NCBI RefSeq assembly: GCF_000011805.1 | Contig: NC_006840.2 | Source of the DNA: Aliivibrio fischeri ES114 | GTDB taxonomy: Bacteria; Pseudomonadota; Gammaproteobacteria; Enterobacterales; Vibrionaceae | Length of the DNA: 32,000 nucleotides | Reading direction: 5' to 3' (one strand) | Shown here: in pieces, positions 29,768-32,000 of the stretch | Layout of the letters: the number at the start of each line of letters is the position of its first letter | Numbering within the stretch: the stretch's first letter is position 1 | Translations under genes and position numbers: made by a program | Notes under the pieces: generated by a model | What the model saw: the letters and a program-made list of their open reading frames with translations, nothing else | Told to the model about the DNA's origin: nothing | Databases searched by the model: none

Positions 29768-30664
29768 TTAGTTTTTACGCTCAATAACGTATTGAGCGAA
29801 CGCTTGCATTGCATCCGTGTTATAAGGGATGTCGTTTAATGCTTCAATTGCTGTTTGATACAGTTGTTCTGCTTTATGTTTAGCGCCTTCAAGGCCAAGT
29901 AAAGCAGGATAGGTGCTTTTATCTAATTCTAGATCAGAACCTTGTGGTTTTCCGAGAGTTTCAGTATCACTAATGATATCTAAGATATCATCTTGTACTT
30001 GAAAGGCGAGACCAATAGCATCTGCATAGATTTCTAATTGTGGAAGTATGGCTTTGCCTTTATCACCAGCACAAAGAGCACCGAGTTGAACCGCACACTT
30101 AATAAGAGCACCCGTTTTATTAGCATGAATGCGCTCAAGAGAGGCAAGGTCAACTTTTTTACCTTCAGCTTGTAAATCTAATGATTGTCCCATGCACATA
30201 CCTGATGCACCTGATGCTTTTGATAATACGCGGATCATATCAATGCGTGATGTTTCTGCATCGTCACTTAATTGACCATTCGCTAATATTTCAAAAGCAA
30301 GTGTTTGGAGCGCATCACCAGCAAGAATCGCTGTTGCTTCATCATATTTTATATGGCAAGTAGCATGACCGCGACGAAGATCATCATTATCCATTGCTGG
30401 TAAATCATCATGGATTAATGAATAAGAGTGGACACATTCAATAGCTGCGGCTGCACTATCAGCAAATTCAGCTTTAATGCCAAGCATTTGTGCTGTGATA
30501 TAAACTAAATATGGTCGAGCTCGTTTGCCACCTAACAACAATGAATATTTCATTGCTTCAGTTAGTGGTTGTTGCTGAATTTCGATTTTTTCAAGCCACT
30601 GATTTAATTGTTCAATGTTTCTATTTTGAAAAAATGTAAGTTGTTGTTTTAGTGAATCAGTCAT
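29768..30664 (-). CDS. ispA: Farnesyl diphosphate synthase (geranyltranstransferase)
   Basis: [31 protein letters not shown] first Asp-rich motif, QDDILD second Asp-rich motif. Starts at 30676/30673/30664 are all possible. Confidence 0.95.
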   Translation of the reverse strand: MTDSLKQQLTFFQNRNIEQLNQWLEKIEIQQQPLTEAMKYSLLLGGKRARPYLVYITAQMLGIKAEFADSAAAAIECVHSYSLIHDDLPAMDNDDLRRGHATCHIKYDEATAILAGDALQTLAFEILANGQLSDDAETSRIDMIRVLSKASGASGMCMGQSLDLQAEGKKVDLASLERIHANKTGALIKCAVQLGALCAGDKGKAILPQLEIYADAIGLAFQVQDDILDIISDTETLGKPQGSDLELDKSTYPALLGLEGAKHKAEQLYQTAIEALNDIPYNTDAMQAFAQYVIERKN

Positions 30665-30899
30665 CTTGTCCATCAAAAGGTGTTAGTTCTGCGTTATCGT
30701 CAGCTTGAAGAAGAATTTCTACTCGTTGTTCTGCTTGAGTTAGTTTTTCTTGTCCAGCTCGTGCTAGAGAAATGCCTCGTTCAAACTTCTTCAATGCATC
30801 TTCAAGAGGCAAATCGCCACTTTCTAATTGATTGACGACAGAATCCAGTTCTTCTATTGCCGCTTCAAACGATAAATTTTCAGGTTTTTTTACAGCCAT
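30657..30899 (-). CDS. xseB: Exodeoxyribonuclease VII small subunit
   Basis: [63 protein letters not shown]. Confidence 0.95.
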   Translation of the reverse strand: MAVKKPENLSFEAAIEELDSVVNQLESGDLPLEDALKKFERGISLARAGQEKLTQAEQRVEILLQADDNAELTPFDGQDD

Positions 30900-31057
30900 A
30901 ATGATTCACTCTTAAAATGATCCAAGAAAGGTAACTCAGAGAGAGGTGAGGGTCAATTGAACAGGTGAGAAAGTCACGTATAAAAGTAAAATTTAGTGAT
31001 TAAGGGCTACTTTTCAATCGATATCTTAATAGGACGAATCTTTTTGTACAAAAAAAT

Positions 31058-31084
31058 TAAACCATCCAACGCTTTGGTCGATAA
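31058..31084 (+). promoter_or_regulatory. Putative sigma-28 (FliA) promoter upstream of pomA
   Basis: TAAA-N15-GTCGATAA with exact 15-nt spacing, against consensus TAAA-N15-GCCGATAA. Confidence 0.65.
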
Positions 31085-31177
31085 GAAATAAGCGGCAAAA
31101 AAGCGATACAATTTTATGGCTTAAATTTTGCTTAGCACTTTGTAAGTAAACACAAGCAGCATATAGGGGAGCGCTCT

Positions 31178-31942
31178 GTGGATTTAGCAACGTTAATAGG
31201 CTTAGTTGGTAGTTTTGCATTTATTATTATGGCAATGGTACTGGCTGGTGGTTTAGCCATTTTTATGGACACAACATCGGTTTTAATCGTAGTTGGTGGT
31301 TCAATTTTTGTTGTTTTAATGAAATTTACCGTAGGCCAATTTTTTGGCGCTGGTAAAATTGCAGGTAAAGCATTTATTTTTAAAACAGATGAACCTGTTG
31401 ATCTTATTGTAACTATTGTTGAAATGGCTGATGCGGCTCGTAAAGGCGGTTTCTTAGCATTAGAAGAAAAAGAAATCAGTAACTCTTTTATGCAAAAAGG
31501 TATTGATTTATTGGTTGATGGTCATGATGCTGAAGTTGTGAAAGCAACATTACAAAAAGACATCGCATTAACGAATGAACGTCATGAACGTGGTGTTGGT
31601 GTATTTACCGCTTTTGGTGACGTAGCTCCTGCAATGGGTATGATTGGTACCTTAGTTGGTCTAGTAGGTATGTTATCAAACATGGATGATCCTAAATCTA
31701 TCGGTCCTGCAATGGCGGTTGCGCTATTAACAACACTATATGGTTCGGTAATTTCAAACATGGTTGCATTCCCTATTGCTCATAAACTTGAATTACGTAA
31801 AGAACAAGAAAAATTGAATCGCCGTTTAATTCTTGATGGCATTTTGGCGATTCAAGATGGTCAAAACCCACGTGTTATTGATAGCTACTTACGTAACTAT
31901 TTAAATGAGAAAAAACGTGTTGTTGACACTGGCGAAGAATAA
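31178..31942 (+). CDS. pomA: Sodium-driven polar flagellar motor stator protein PomA (GTG start)
   Basis: MDLATLIGLVGSFAFIIMAMVLAGG, MTFVGTLVGLVGML-type MotA core, adjacent pomB start. Confidence 0.95.
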   Translation: MDLATLIGLVGSFAFIIMAMVLAGGLAIFMDTTSVLIVVGGSIFVVLMKFTVGQFFGAGKIAGKAFIFKTDEPVDLIVTIVEMADAARKGGFLALEEKEISNSFMQKGIDLLVDGHDAEVVKATLQKDIALTNERHERGVGVFTAFGDVAPAMGMIGTLVGLVGMLSNMDDPKSIGPAMAVALLTTLYGSVISNMVAFPIAHKLELRKEQEKLNRRLILDGILAIQDGQNPRVIDSYLRNYLNEKKRVVDTGEE

Positions 31943-31957
31943 GACTGGGAGTCACTA

Positions 31958-32000
31958 ATGGAAGATGAAAACGACTGCAAATGTCCTCCTGGTGCCCCCT
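31958..32000 (+). CDS. pomB: PomB flagellar motor protein, N-terminal fragment truncated by window
   Basis: ATG GAA GAT GAA AAC GAC TGC AAA TGT CCT CCT GGT GCC CCC reads MEDENDCKCPPGAP, PomB-like, immediately after pomA. Confidence 0.88.
   Translation, partial: MEDENDCKCPPGAP

Noticed and set aside
31026-31220. 64-aa minus-strand ORF overlapping the pomA start and promoter region
   Set aside because: Overlaps the pomA promoter and start; low support.
1-32000. CRISPR array, tRNA/rRNA gene, prophage, toxin-antitoxin or transposase
   Set aside because: No direct repeat-spacer pattern, no cloverleaf/rRNA sequence noticed by eye, and no ORF with integrase, transposase or TA features. A tRNAscan/CRISPR-finder run would confirm.

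Overview
This 32 kb window looks like core chromosome of a Vibrionaceae member, most likely Aliivibrio (V. fischeri group). That assignment is inferred from gene content and protein sequences; I could not run a search. Left to right it holds: the 3' part of gmhB; a five-gene peptide-type ABC importer operon; an MliC-like lipoprotein; a YitT-family membrane protein; glyA; a very large AcfD/SslE-like lipoprotein with an M60 zinc-metalloprotease signature; a small lipoprotein; a methyl-accepting chemotaxis protein; nrdR-ribD-ribE-ribB(A)-ribH-nusB; thiL-pgpA followed directly by luxP and luxQ (AI-2 quorum sensing); a small conserved hypothetical; an ABM-domain protein; the minus-strand xseB-ispA-dxs operon; and pomA with the start of pomB. 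I found no CRISPR array, tRNA/rRNA, prophage or complete IS element, and no obviously novel multi-gene defence or biosynthetic system. The most interesting points are: luxPQ attached to the thiL-pgpA housekeeping genes, with a LuxQ that seems to lack a PAS-sized segment; a structured leader before the ABC operon with two ANGGA-in-loop hairpins (CsrA-like), the second covering the putative Shine-Dalgarno; a 70-bp MITE-like inverted repeat inside that operon; a RibBA protein whose RibA half lacks the GTP cyclohydrolase II cysteine motifs; an intrinsic terminator between nusB and thiL; and sigma-28-like promoters before pomA and the chemoreceptor gene.
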